Notes: generated by a model not told the origin, from the sequence alone. A DNA stretch of 64,000 bases from an uncultured Chloroflexia bacterium (GCA_963712745.1 CAVQJC010000012.1:1-64000); one strand, 5' to 3'. Positions 18,972-27,983 are shown, numbered from the stretch's first letter. Made by a program: numbers and translations.

Positions 18972-19602
18972 ATGGCGACGGATCCCTTGGGAGACTGTGC
19001 CTGCCAGAATGTGCAGCATCCGGCGAGTGTGGCCGTACCTCGGCCGTCAGTCCTTTCGCCTCATGAGCTTGTGTATGTGACTCCCGGAACTCTACCCGGA
19101 GCACCGACAAGCGCCGCTTGGCGGCCGGGCGGCCTGCCTCTGCCAGCCTCGCACCCGCTTCAGAAACTGCCTTCGGAGTTCTTGGAGTCGTTAGTCGATG
19201 AGGTTCAGCGTAGCGGCAACCTCCTAGAGGTTGCCTTGAGGGTGCGCGAGCCTCAAGGCTCGCCGGCGAACGCAACGCTGGTTGCTCAGCAGACGCTCGC
19301 CAGCGCCGGCCGACCATCTGCGTGCGAGGCGCTTGGCGCTTCCGAATCCTCCAGACTGGAACGAGTGGACCATGGCAAGTGGAGGGCCAACGGGCGGCCC
19401 GAGTGGGATGCGTGTGGTTCTTGACGGCACCATGGATGTGGCAGACGGCGAGACAGGTACGATTGGGTTTTCAACGAACTCGCATATCGAGGGGGCGGCG
19501 CCCAACAGCTGGGTCATGCAGGAGGTGAGGTGGTGGGAGTATGGCCTAGATCCCACTTGCGGGAAGCTCACATGGGAGACCGCATCCGTCTCCGACGCCT
19601 AG
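18972..19602 (+). CDS. Second effector-like gene (CxC N-terminus); probable frameshift near 19.3-19.4 kb and possibly truncated
   Basis: GAGGAGG RBS; MATDPLGDCACQ; protein-like sequence continues in the 19282-19602 frame (GGPTGGPSG linker, ...NSWVMQEVRWWEY...). Confidence 0.5.
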
Positions 19603-19640
19603 CTGACCCCCGCCAACCTGCACCGGCAGCTGGAGCTAGA

Positions 19641-19955
19641 TCAGCGACCATCCCAGGTGTAGACAAGGGTGAGACCGCTTGCCGGTCGACCATCCCAGGT
19701 GTAGTCAAGGGTGAGACCGCTTGCCGGTCGACCATCCCAGGTGTGGACAACGGTGAGACCGCTTGCCGGTCGACCATCCCAGGTGTGGTCAAGGGTGTCA
19801 TCGCTCGCCAGTCGGCCAGCCCAGCTGGGGTCAGGCGCGGCGATCGTGAACGTGGGCGAGATCTCGGCCAGACCTCCCCGCGCGGCCGTCATGCCCGGCA
19901 ACATCGTTGCCAGAAGACCGCCCGCAACGAGGGCCATGATGAATCGCCTCTTCAC
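19641..19955 (-). CDS. Secreted small protein with four tandem xx[HY]TWDGR repeats (peptide-precursor-like)
   Basis: AGGAGG RBS; signal peptide MKRRFIMALVAGGLLATMLPG; the last repeat ends exactly at the stop codon. Confidence 0.75.
   Translation of the reverse strand: MKRRFIMALVAGGLLATMLPGMTAARGGLAEISPTFTIAAPDPSWAGRLASDDTLDHTWDGRPASGLTVVHTWDGRPASGLTLDYTWDGRPASGLTLVYTWDGR
19645..19797. repeat. 42-bp coding tandem repeat, ~3.6 copies
   Basis: Units start at 19645, 19687, 19729 and 19771 (CGACCATCCCAGGTGT...). Confidence 0.95.
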
Positions 19956-20388
19956 GAAGCATCCTCCTAGTCCCCCTGGACGGTCACGCGGTGTTGTAGC
20001 GGGGATCGCTGCTCGGCGCGACCGCAGGCCTGAAATGTACAGCGTGGTGGTATGCGTTGTCTAGCCACGGCCAAGAGATTCTCGGGGTCGCCGTTCTATG
20101 TCTATGTGGCGAGGCTCCGGCCCCAGGCTTCCCCGACGCGCAGGAGATGCTTGCTTCTGTCCCGGAGATGCTCGCCGACCAGTAGCCGCCCGGGCGGCAC
20201 CTCGGCTGCCGGCATCGAGGCCGATGTCCATGCTGGAGGCGGACTCTGACTCCCGCCCAGCAGCACAGGGGTTCCGAATCCCCCCTTCGGCACCGCCAGC
20301 ACACGACACCTGGGACGCTCGGGCGCGGGTGCTCGGTGCATACTGCAGCCATCGACCCTGCGCCGGGGCCGTCGACAGAGGGTGAACC

Positions 20389-20772
20389 ATGACGCGCGTA
20401 CTTGTCGTCCATCACGATATCGACCTCGCCGACCAGGAGGTCGAGTCGCTCCGCCGGCTTGGCTATGAACCTGTCGAGTGCGCGGGACCCTCCGGTTCCG
20501 CCTGCCCGGTCCTGCGCGGTGAGCATTGCCCTGACGTCTACAACGCTGACGTGCTCCTCTACGACGTCTGGTCCACGACCGAGTCGGGCGGCGGCCGGAC
20601 GCTGATCGAGGGACTGCGTGAGATGCACCCCGAGATCCCCATCGTGCTCACGGCCCCTGGCATGGAGCTCGACTGGGTCGAGACCGAGGGCCTCCACAAG
20701 GTCGTACCGCTCGTTGGACCACCAACGGCCGAGAAGCTGGATGCGGCCATCAAGGAGGCCCTCGCGCAATAG
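20389..20772 (+). CDS. Atypical stand-alone receiver (REC-like) domain protein with Cys-rich insert
   Basis: RVLVVHHD, DVLLYD, PEIPIVLT; insert CAGPSGSACPVLRGEHCP. Confidence 0.7.
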   Translation: MTRVLVVHHDIDLADQEVESLRRLGYEPVECAGPSGSACPVLRGEHCPDVYNADVLLYDVWSTTESGGGRTLIEGLREMHPEIPIVLTAPGMELDWVETEGLHKVVPLVGPPTAEKLDAAIKEALAQ

Positions 20773-20793
20773 CCCCGACCTCAGCGTCCAGGC

Positions 20794-21564
20794 TCAGTCG
20801 AAGAGGGTCGCCAGCCAACGCCACCGATCACGCTTCGGTGCACGCGCGTCAGCCTCAGCGTTCCGCGCGGGTAGCGAGGCCGAGACGACGTCCTCGAGTC
20901 GCCTGCTCAGCTCTCGGGCGCGATCCCTTCCCTCAGCGGTGAACGGATCGACGACGGCCGGCCCGGTCTCGAGGGCGGTGAGGACGTCCAGGCTGAAGGT
21001 GGAGCCACGTACGATGTGATGGGTACCAGCCACCACGACCGGGACCACGGGCGCACCCGAGCGCAAGGCGAGGTAGGCGAAGCCGGCCGAGATCGGGCGT
21101 GGCCGGTTCACCGGAGAGGGCGGCCCGACCTCCGGAAAGACCGCCAGGGCGAGGCCTCGCTCCAGTACCGCCGACGCGAGCTCGGCATAGCGCCGAGGGC
21201 CGCCGACGTCTCCCTCGATGGGGATCACACCCAGTCGCGGCAGCAAGCGGCGTCGCCACCACGAGCGGGTGACCGTGCGACCGTCGGCCAGCCACACGAG
21301 GCGAGCCGCTTCAGGGGGCCAGGCTGCCATGAGCAGGAACGGCTCCACCCAGGCGCGATGCGGCGCGGCCGCGACCACGCAGCCCGATCCCGGCAGCTCG
21401 CCGACCCGCGGCAAGTCCCCGTGGTGCTTGATCTCGACGTGCCAGGCCATGACCCAGCACCAGCCGCGGACGACCAGGCGCAGCAGCCGCTCGAACCGAC
21501 CCTGGCGCGCGGACAGCCCTCCGAGGGCGCGCTCGAACCGCTGTCGGGCGGCGGGGACGCTCAT
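20794..21564 (-). CDS. Lysophospholipid acyltransferase (PlsC family)
   Basis: PHRAWVE (HX4D/E variant), AVFPEVG, GFAYLALRSGAPVVPV. Confidence 0.85.
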   Translation of the reverse strand: MSVPAARQRFERALGGLSARQGRFERLLRLVVRGWCWVMAWHVEIKHHGDLPRVGELPGSGCVVAAAPHRAWVEPFLLMAAWPPEAARLVWLADGRTVTRSWWRRRLLPRLGVIPIEGDVGGPRRYAELASAVLERGLALAVFPEVGPPSPVNRPRPISAGFAYLALRSGAPVVPVVVAGTHHIVRGSTFSLDVLTALETGPAVVDPFTAEGRDRARELSRRLEDVVSASLPARNAEADARAPKRDRWRWLATLFD

Positions 21565-21893
21565 CGGCCGTCCCGGTAGCGCTCCAACGTCGCCAGCTCG
21601 AGTTCGAGGTCGGCCACGTCGTGGCCGGCCGCGCGGTACGTGATGATGGCCCGGCGTCGCTCTTCGACCTCGCGCTCGACGAGTGTGGCGACCTCGTCCG
21701 GCCCCAGCTCCCGGCGCGGGACGTCGGCACTACCCTCGACTAGCGCGAACGGCCGCTCCTCGACCGGCACGGCCTCCGCGTTCGCCAGGGCCGTCTTGAG
21801 CGAAGCGATGGCCGCGACCACCGCTCCACGACGGCCGCGACGAGCCCCCAGCAGGTCGGCCTCGAGTCGCGCCTGCAGCTCAGCGGGCTTCAC
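21561..21893 (-). CDS. YqeY/GatB-like small protein
   Basis: LQARLEADL..AR...SLKTALANAE...EVEERRRAIITYR...ELATLERY. Confidence 0.7.
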   Translation of the reverse strand: MKPAELQARLEADLLGARRGRRGAVVAAIASLKTALANAEAVPVEERPFALVEGSADVPRRELGPDEVATLVEREVEERRRAIITYRAAGHDVADLELELATLERYRDGR

Positions 21894-22708
21894 CGGGGGT
21901 CGTCCGCGGCAAGGTTCTCGTCCATCCAGTGCACTCCGAACTCGACCACGTCGGCAGCATCGAGGAGTTCGCTCGGCGCATCCCCGACCACGCCCGCACG
22001 ATGTCGGCCGAGCGCGAGGTAGTCACGCAGGAGGTCTTCGAAGTAGTCCTTGCCCGGGTAGTCGACGATGCCCTCTGCGTCGTCGAGGCACTCGACGGTG
22101 CGGACGACCGGTCCTTCGCGTGTCGTCACCAGCCGATGCCGTCGCACACGCCGCTTGGGCGACACCGAGCAGAGGTACTCGGCGTGGTGGAGGGCAGTGA
22201 CCGTGTCGAGGTCTGCGCCCAGTCGCAGGACGAGACCATCCCGCAGCAGCAGGCGCTCGAGCGGTGAGCCGGGACCGAAGTAGTCGTCCCAGGGCACGTC
22301 CGAGAGGAGCTCACCGGCCAGCGGGCCGGCGGCAGCGAAACGTGCCTCGGGATGGTCGCTGACCCTTGTCCCGGGCCGCCGACGGAAGACCTCAGCCAGC
22401 GTGCCGACCTCGGAGGCGGCGGGCGTACGTGCGGCGTCGAACGGCTCGGCGTCGGCCAGGAGAACGACACGGTCGGCCTCCGGGCGCTCGTTGACCCAGG
22501 CATGCCTGTCCTCCGCGCCCAGGACCATCAGCATCGTGCCCTCCTCGCCGAGGACATCACGGATGGCATCGATGACGCCGTCGGCGCCGCCCCAGACCGG
22601 CCCGAGCTTGCGCAGCGAGGCGTGGACCATCACGAGGTCGCCCGCTGAGAGGCCAAGGTGGCGAAGTCCGTCGGCGATGGCGCCTGGCGAGCGAGGTGTC
22701 ACGTCCAC
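21890..22708 (-). CDS. Aminoglycoside 3-N-acetyltransferase (AAC(3)/Antibiotic_NAT) family protein; start uncertain
   Basis: LGLSAGDLVMVHASLRKLGPV.GG, GTLAEVFRR.PG..VSDHP..RFAA.G, FGPGSPLERL, TVTALHHAEY. Confidence 0.88.
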   Translation of the reverse strand: MDVTPRSPGAIADGLRHLGLSAGDLVMVHASLRKLGPVWGGADGVIDAIRDVLGEEGTMLMVLGAEDRHAWVNERPEADRVVLLADAEPFDAARTPAASEVGTLAEVFRRRPGTRVSDHPEARFAAAGPLAGELLSDVPWDDYFGPGSPLERLLLRDGLVLRLGADLDTVTALHHAEYLCSVSPKRRVRRHRLVTTREGPVVRTVECLDDAEGIVDYPGKDYFEDLLRDYLALGRHRAGVVGDAPSELLDAADVVEFGVHWMDENLAADDPR

Positions 22709-22995
22709 GCACGTATCCTGCCATCGGCGGAACCCATCGGGGAGTACTGGCCGTTCCCGACCTCGATCCCACGGCAACGGTCCGCTCCGCATCGCGGGAA
22801 CGCTCGCCCCGATACACCTGCTCGGCCTTTCGTACCGCTGACGAACGGCGGCCAGGCGGGCACCATCAGTCCCGGCTCGAAGACGAGCCCGCTATCAGTG
22901 TCAAGTGCGAGGCCCGTCGAGGAGGCGGGCCTCGCCCGTTGTTTGCCGCAGGCGTCGCGCCGAGTCGGCTCTGCCCGCTACGATTACGGCCCGTG

Positions 22996-23706
22996 ATGCC
23001 GCGACCGTACGTCTTCGTGAACATGGCCATGACCGCTGACGGCAAGATCGACACCGTCGCGCGGCGGGGTGCGCGTATCTCGGGAGTGGCCGACACCGCC
23101 CGCGTCGACCGCCTGCGGGCCGAAGCGGACGCGGTCATGGTCGGCGGCCATACGTTGCTCGCGGAAGACCCGCGATTGACCGTCCGCGACCCCCATCTCG
23201 TTGCCCAGCGCGTCCGGAACGGGAGGTCGCCTCAGCCCATGAAGGTGGGGGTCGTCTCGCACGTCTCCGACACTGGTCCCGACGCGCTCGATGACGCGGG
23301 CGCATTCCTGCACGAGGGTGATGGCCGCGTCCTCGTCTGTACTTCCTCCAGGACCGGCAGTGCCGCCATCGGACGACTGCAGGGGCACGGGGCGGAGGTC
23401 ATCGTCACGGGCGAGGAGCGCGTCAACCTGGCGGACGCACTGTCAGCGCTGGCCGAGCTCGGCGTCGAGCGCCTCATGGTCGAAGGCGGCAGCACGCTTG
23501 TGGCCGCGCTGCTCGAAGCCGGCCTCGTGGACGAGCTGCAGCTGGCAGTGGCTCCGCTGGTCTTCGGCGGCGAGTCCGCGCCGACGCCGGTCGGCGGCCC
23601 GGGCTGGACGCGTGAAGAGGCCATCCCGCTCCGGCTTTCCGAGACCGCCACCAGCGCCGATGGCGATGTCATCCTGCACTACCTCGTGGGCAGGGACGGC
23701 CCATGA
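22996..23706 (+). CDS. RibD C-terminal-type reductase (DHFR fold)
   Basis: RPYVFVNMAMTADGKI, LRAEADAVMVGGHTLLAEDPRLTVR, LMVEGGSTL, LVDEL. Confidence 0.9.
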   Translation: MPRPYVFVNMAMTADGKIDTVARRGARISGVADTARVDRLRAEADAVMVGGHTLLAEDPRLTVRDPHLVAQRVRNGRSPQPMKVGVVSHVSDTGPDALDDAGAFLHEGDGRVLVCTSSRTGSAAIGRLQGHGAEVIVTGEERVNLADALSALAELGVERLMVEGGSTLVAALLEAGLVDELQLAVAPLVFGGESAPTPVGGPGWTREEAIPLRLSETATSADGDVILHYLVGRDGP

Positions 23707-26204
23707 GCGCGGGCATCGAGGCCATCGAGGCCCTGCCGCCGACGCCCGAGACAGGCCTGACCGACGCCGAGGCCGCTGAACGACGCAAGCAGGGGCTGGC
23801 CAACAGCGCACCACCTTCGACCACGCGCACCTACTGGGCCATCGTCCGCGAGAACGTCTTCACCTTCATCAACAACGTCCTCTTCCTGCTGGGCATCGCG
23901 CTGGTCATCGTGGGCCGTCCCTTCGACGCCTTCGTGTCCCTGCTCGTCATCGGCACCAACATCGCCGTGGGCATCTTCCAGGAGTTCCGGGCCAAGCGGG
24001 CCCTCGACGAGATCGTGCTCCTGACACGGCCGACCGCGACGGTCGTACGGGACGGCGAAGTGCGCACCGTGAACCCCGAGGAGCTCGTGGTCGGTGACCT
24101 CATCGAGGTCCAGGCCGGTGACCAGATCGTGGTCGACGGTGAGCTGGCCGAAGGTCGTATCGATGTGGATGAGTCCCAGCTCACCGGCGAGTCGGACATG
24201 GTGCCCAAACGCGTCGGGGACGAGGTCTACTCCGGCAGCTACCCGACGGCTGGACGCGGCCGCTACGTGGCCCAGACGGTGGGCGATGCCAGCCTGGCCG
24301 GCCGAATCACCGCCGGCGCCAAGACGTTCCGGCGCACGCTGACGCCGCTCCAGCGACAGATCCAGACGGTCATCCGCGTGACGCTTGGCGTCGTGCTGTA
24401 CCTGCAGCTGCTGCTGGTGGTCAAGAACGTGGTCGAGGACACGCGCCTCGACGAGGCCATCATCGAGGCCACCGTCCTCATCGGCCTCGTGCCCAACGGA
24501 CTGTTCGTCTCGATCGCCATCGCCTACGCCCTCGCGGCCGTGCGCATGTCACGCTACGGCGCTCTCGTGCAGCAGGCCAACGCGGTCGAGTCACTCTCCC
24601 ACGTGGACACGCTCTGTGTCGATAAGACGGGCACGCTCACGGCCAACCAGCTCGAGCTCGACCAGGTGCTGCCGCTCGAGGGCGATGAAGCCAGCGCACG
24701 GGCCAAGGTCGGCGTGATGGTCTCGAGTGGGCGCGCGCTCAACAAGACCAGCGAGGCCATCGCCGAAGCCACCCACGCCACCCCACGCACACCCCTGGCC
24801 GAGGTGCCCTTCTCGTCCAAGCGCAAGTGGAGCGCGGTGGCGCTACCGTCCGGCGTCTCGCCCAGCCAACCGCCGGAGGGGACGTACTCGATGGGCGCGC
24901 CGACGTTCATCAAGCAGTACCTCGACATCGGTGATGCGCAGTGGCGCAACATCCAGGCCCTCGTGGCTCACCACGCCTCGCGCGGCATGCGTGTGCTGCT
25001 CGCCGCCTACAGCCCCTCGACCACCTTGAGCGACGAAGGCGACGCCTCCACCATGCCCAGCGACTCCAAGCCCTATGCCATCGTGGTGCTGCGCGACCTG
25101 CTACGCCCGGAGGCGGCGGAGACGCTGACCAGCTTCCGTCAGATGGGGGTCGACGTCCGCGTCATCTCGGGCGATGACCCCGAGACGGTGGCCACGCTGG
25201 CCAGGCAGGCCGGTCTCGATGTCAGTGGCGGGGTCGTCTCGGGTCCGGAGCTCGAGGAGATGGACGAGCCACACTTCGACGCCGCGGTCGAGACGACCGC
25301 TGTCTTCGGCCGCATCACACCCGAGCTCAAGGAACGCCTGGTGGGCAAGCTGCGCGAGCAGGGCCGATACGTGGCCATGACCGGTGACGGCGTCAACGAC
25401 GTGCTCTCGCTGAAGCGCTCGAACCTGGCCATCGCCATGGGTTCGGGCACCCAGGCTGCCCGCGGTGTGGCCGATCTCATCCTCATCGATGATGGCTTCA
25501 GCGCCCTCGCCTCCGCCATCGGCGAGGGCCAGCGCATCCTCAATGGCATGCAGGACATCCTGCGCGTGTTCCTGACTCGCATCCTGACCCTGGGCATGCT
25601 CATCCTCGTGCTCATGACCAGCGGCTTCTTTCCAGTCGACCTGCGCAACGCCTCGGCCATCACGCTGTTCACGGTGGGCATCCCGACTGCCCTGCTGGCC
25701 ATCTGGTCGAGGCCAGGGCGGATTCCCCGCGAGACGCTGCTGCGCACCCTGGGCCGGTTCGTCATCCCGGCGGCCGGGCTGGCCTCGGTCATCGGCCTGC
25801 TGGTGGTGACCGGCATCTTCCTCATGGGCGATGCGGACTACGAGGCCGGACTGACCACGCAGCGGGAGGTGGAGAACGCAGCCAAGACCTCGGTCACGGC
25901 CTTCCTCATCCTCGTGGGCATGCTCGTGCTCGTCTTCGTCGAGCCACCCATCAAGCTCTTCGCGGTCATCGAGCCGATCTCGCCCGACTGGCGCCCGACC
26001 TACCTGGCCATCGCGCTGACGGCGGCCTTCACTGTGGTCATGCTGGTGGCGCCCTTCCGCCAGTTCTTCAACCTGTACCCGGTCTCCCTGCGCGATGCTG
26101 CCATCGTCTTCGCTGGCGTGGTCTCGTGGGCCGTGCTGGTCTGGGTCTTCTGGCGCTGGCGCTTCGTCGAGCGCTTCCTGGGCACCGACCTGAGCGACTC
26201 GTAG
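23703..26204 (+). CDS. Cation-transporting P-type ATPase (CtpE-like)
   Basis: DESQLTGES, VPNGL, DKTGTLT, PFSSKRKWSA, ISGDDP, MTGDGVND. Confidence 0.95.
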   Translation: MSAGIEAIEALPPTPETGLTDAEAAERRKQGLANSAPPSTTRTYWAIVRENVFTFINNVLFLLGIALVIVGRPFDAFVSLLVIGTNIAVGIFQEFRAKRALDEIVLLTRPTATVVRDGEVRTVNPEELVVGDLIEVQAGDQIVVDGELAEGRIDVDESQLTGESDMVPKRVGDEVYSGSYPTAGRGRYVAQTVGDASLAGRITAGAKTFRRTLTPLQRQIQTVIRVTLGVVLYLQLLLVVKNVVEDTRLDEAIIEATVLIGLVPNGLFVSIAIAYALAAVRMSRYGALVQQANAVESLSHVDTLCVDKTGTLTANQLELDQVLPLEGDEASARAKVGVMVSSGRALNKTSEAIAEATHATPRTPLAEVPFSSKRKWSAVALPSGVSPSQPPEGTYSMGAPTFIKQYLDIGDAQWRNIQALVAHHASRGMRVLLAAYSPSTTLSDEGDASTMPSDSKPYAIVVLRDLLRPEAAETLTSFRQMGVDVRVISGDDPETVATLARQAGLDVSGGVVSGPELEEMDEPHFDAAVETTAVFGRITPELKERLVGKLREQGRYVAMTGDGVNDVLSLKRSNLAIAMGSGTQAARGVADLILIDDGFSALASAIGEGQRILNGMQDILRVFLTRILTLGMLILVLMTSGFFPVDLRNASAITLFTVGIPTALLAIWSRPGRIPRETLLRTLGRFVIPAAGLASVIGLLVVTGIFLMGDADYEAGLTTQREVENAAKTSVTAFLILVGMLVLVFVEPPIKLFAVIEPISPDWRPTYLAIALTAAFTVVMLVAPFRQFFNLYPVSLRDAAIVFAGVVSWAVLVWVFWRWRFVERFLGTDLSDS

Positions 26205-26326
26205 CCGCGCTCCTTGCCGCCGAGGGAACTGCTGCGCTCTAGACTGCGTCCAATGCGTACTACCCAGTCCAGTCTTGCCTGCGCACGCCCCAGGGCATGC
26301 CGGGCCACCATGGAGGTCTCTACCCG

Positions 26327-27148
26327 ATGATCAAGCTCCGAACCGCGGTCGCGACACTCGCGGCCCTGGCCCTGACCGCCGGCCTTGGCGCGTCGGCGCT
26401 GGCCGAGGATGAGCCCGAAGCGCAGCCGCTGGGCGTGTACGTGATCGAGGGCATCACCTGGATCCTCACCAGCCAGGCCATCGATGGCGAGCTTGTCGAG
26501 GTGCCTGACGGCGTGACCGTTTCGCTGCTCATGGAGGACGGCCGGGCCGGCGGCAGCGGCGGCTGCAACAGCTACTTCACCGACTACGAGCTCGACGGTT
26601 TCGACCTCTCGTTCGGTCCCGTGGGCTCGACCCTGATGGCCTGCCTGCCGCGCGTCTCGGACGTGGAGCAGGCCTTCTTCGCCAACCTGGGCCAGGTCGC
26701 GGCCTACCAGTCCGGCGGCATCCAGATGGCCTTGCTCGATGCCGCCGGGAACTCCATCCTCGGGTTCGACGCGGCCCCACCCGCCAGCGTGGTCGGCGCC
26801 TGGGTCGCCACCGGCATCAACAACCAGCTGGGCGAGAACGCCGGCGTGGTCAGCTCCGCCATCACCATGGAGGTGACCGCCGAGTTCAGGCCCGATGGGG
26901 ACCTGACCGGTTTCGATGGCTGCAACAACTACTTCACGACCTACGAGGTCGACGGCGAGAGCATCGCCATCGACCCGATGATCGGCCAGACGATGATGGC
27001 CTGCCCATCCGACGAGCACGCCGTGCAGGCACAGTGGTACATCGGGGCCTTGACCAAGGCCGCGACCTGGTCGATCGATGCCGGTGGCAACCTCGAGCTG
27101 CGCGATGCCGATGGCTCGCTGCAGGTGAGCTACTCGGCGGCGCCATAG
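26327..27148 (+). CDS. Secreted protein with two META (HslJ-like) domains
   Basis: Signal peptide; GSGGCNSY...GSTLMAC and GFDGCNNY...GQTMMAC. Confidence 0.9.
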   Translation: MIKLRTAVATLAALALTAGLGASALAEDEPEAQPLGVYVIEGITWILTSQAIDGELVEVPDGVTVSLLMEDGRAGGSGGCNSYFTDYELDGFDLSFGPVGSTLMACLPRVSDVEQAFFANLGQVAAYQSGGIQMALLDAAGNSILGFDAAPPASVVGAWVATGINNQLGENAGVVSSAITMEVTAEFRPDGDLTGFDGCNNYFTTYEVDGESIAIDPMIGQTMMACPSDEHAVQAQWYIGALTKAATWSIDAGGNLELRDADGSLQVSYSAAP

Positions 27149-27167
27149 GTCACTCGCGCGGACATCA

Positions 27168-27201
27168 CGACGCCGGGACGCGGGCATCTGTCCCGGCGTC
27201 G
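27168..27201 (+). terminator. Stem-loop after the META gene
   Basis: CGACGCCGGGAC-N10-GTCCCGGCGTCG; no U-tract. Confidence 0.5.
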
Positions 27202-27284
27202 ATCGGGGCCGTGTTGCGCTACGATCGGCGCGTCGTCGAGCGTCGTCGCCGGGTGCCCGAGCCCGGGCAACAGGAGGATCCAGG

Positions 27285-27983
27285 GTGAACTCCAGCAGGG
27301 ACAGCGAGCCGGTCTACACCGCAGCCGAGGAGCAGCGCACGCGCCGTCAACTGCTCACGGCCGGAGGCGCGGCGGCCATCGCTGCAGCCCTCGGCGCCAT
27401 CGGTATCTCTACCACCGTCGAAGCCAGGAACGGCCAGCCCGTCCGGGCCGGGACCAAGAACGCCGCCTCCAAGCCGACGACACTGATCGCGACGAAGGGG
27501 CCCGGGCTGCTGGCCAAGGTCACAGGCGGCGGCCGCACTGCCGCCGTGCGCGGAGTCTCCACCATCGCCAAGGGCATCGGCGTGCAGGGTGCTGCGGATG
27601 CCAAGAAGGGGCCGACGATCGGCGTTTCCGGCACGACACGTTCGGCCGAGGGCAAGGCCGGCTCGTTCGTTGCCGACAACGGCGGCACCGCGCTCGAGGC
27701 CCGCTCCCCCCAGAAGAAGGGCGTCGCGCTGCGCACGGAAGGTCAGTTGCAGTTCACCGAACGCTCGGGCTCGTCGTCGGTCTCGGGCGGGGCGGAGTTC
27801 GTCATCCCGGTGGCCGGTGGACTGTCGGAGAAATCGCTGGTGCTGGCCACCCTGCAGGATCACTTCCCCGGCGTCCACGTGGAGGCGGCCTCCGTCCTTG
27901 ATGCGGCCGATGGTCTCATCGTGGTCCGCCTCAACCAGGCCGTGCCCGAGGCAGCGCGTGTGGCCTGGATCGTCCTCGATTGA
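27285..27983 (+). CDS. Hypothetical exported protein with Tat-like signal
   Basis: TRRQLLTAGGAAAIAAALG; Gly-rich GV.G repeats; beta-rich C-terminus. Confidence 0.7.
   Translation: MNSSRDSEPVYTAAEEQRTRRQLLTAGGAAAIAAALGAIGISTTVEARNGQPVRAGTKNAASKPTTLIATKGPGLLAKVTGGGRTAAVRGVSTIAKGIGVQGAADAKKGPTIGVSGTTRSAEGKAGSFVADNGGTALEARSPQKKGVALRTEGQLQFTERSGSSSVSGGAEFVIPVAGGLSEKSLVLATLQDHFPGVHVEAASVLDAADGLIVVRLNQAVPEAARVAWIVLD

Larger units (their letters stand above)
6297..19600. mobile_element. Integrative element (phage-satellite/ICE-like) with cargo; right boundary not found
   Basis: tRNA fragment + tyrosine integrase + HTH excisionase + primase/DUF3987 replication gene + regulators, with tightly overlapping genes; no terminase, portal or conjugation genes recognised. 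Confidence 0.65.

Noticed and set aside
19645-19797. 42-bp repeat as a mini-CRISPR
   Set aside because: The variable part is only a few bases, and the unit is an in-frame 14-codon repeat within an ORF with an RBS and signal peptide.
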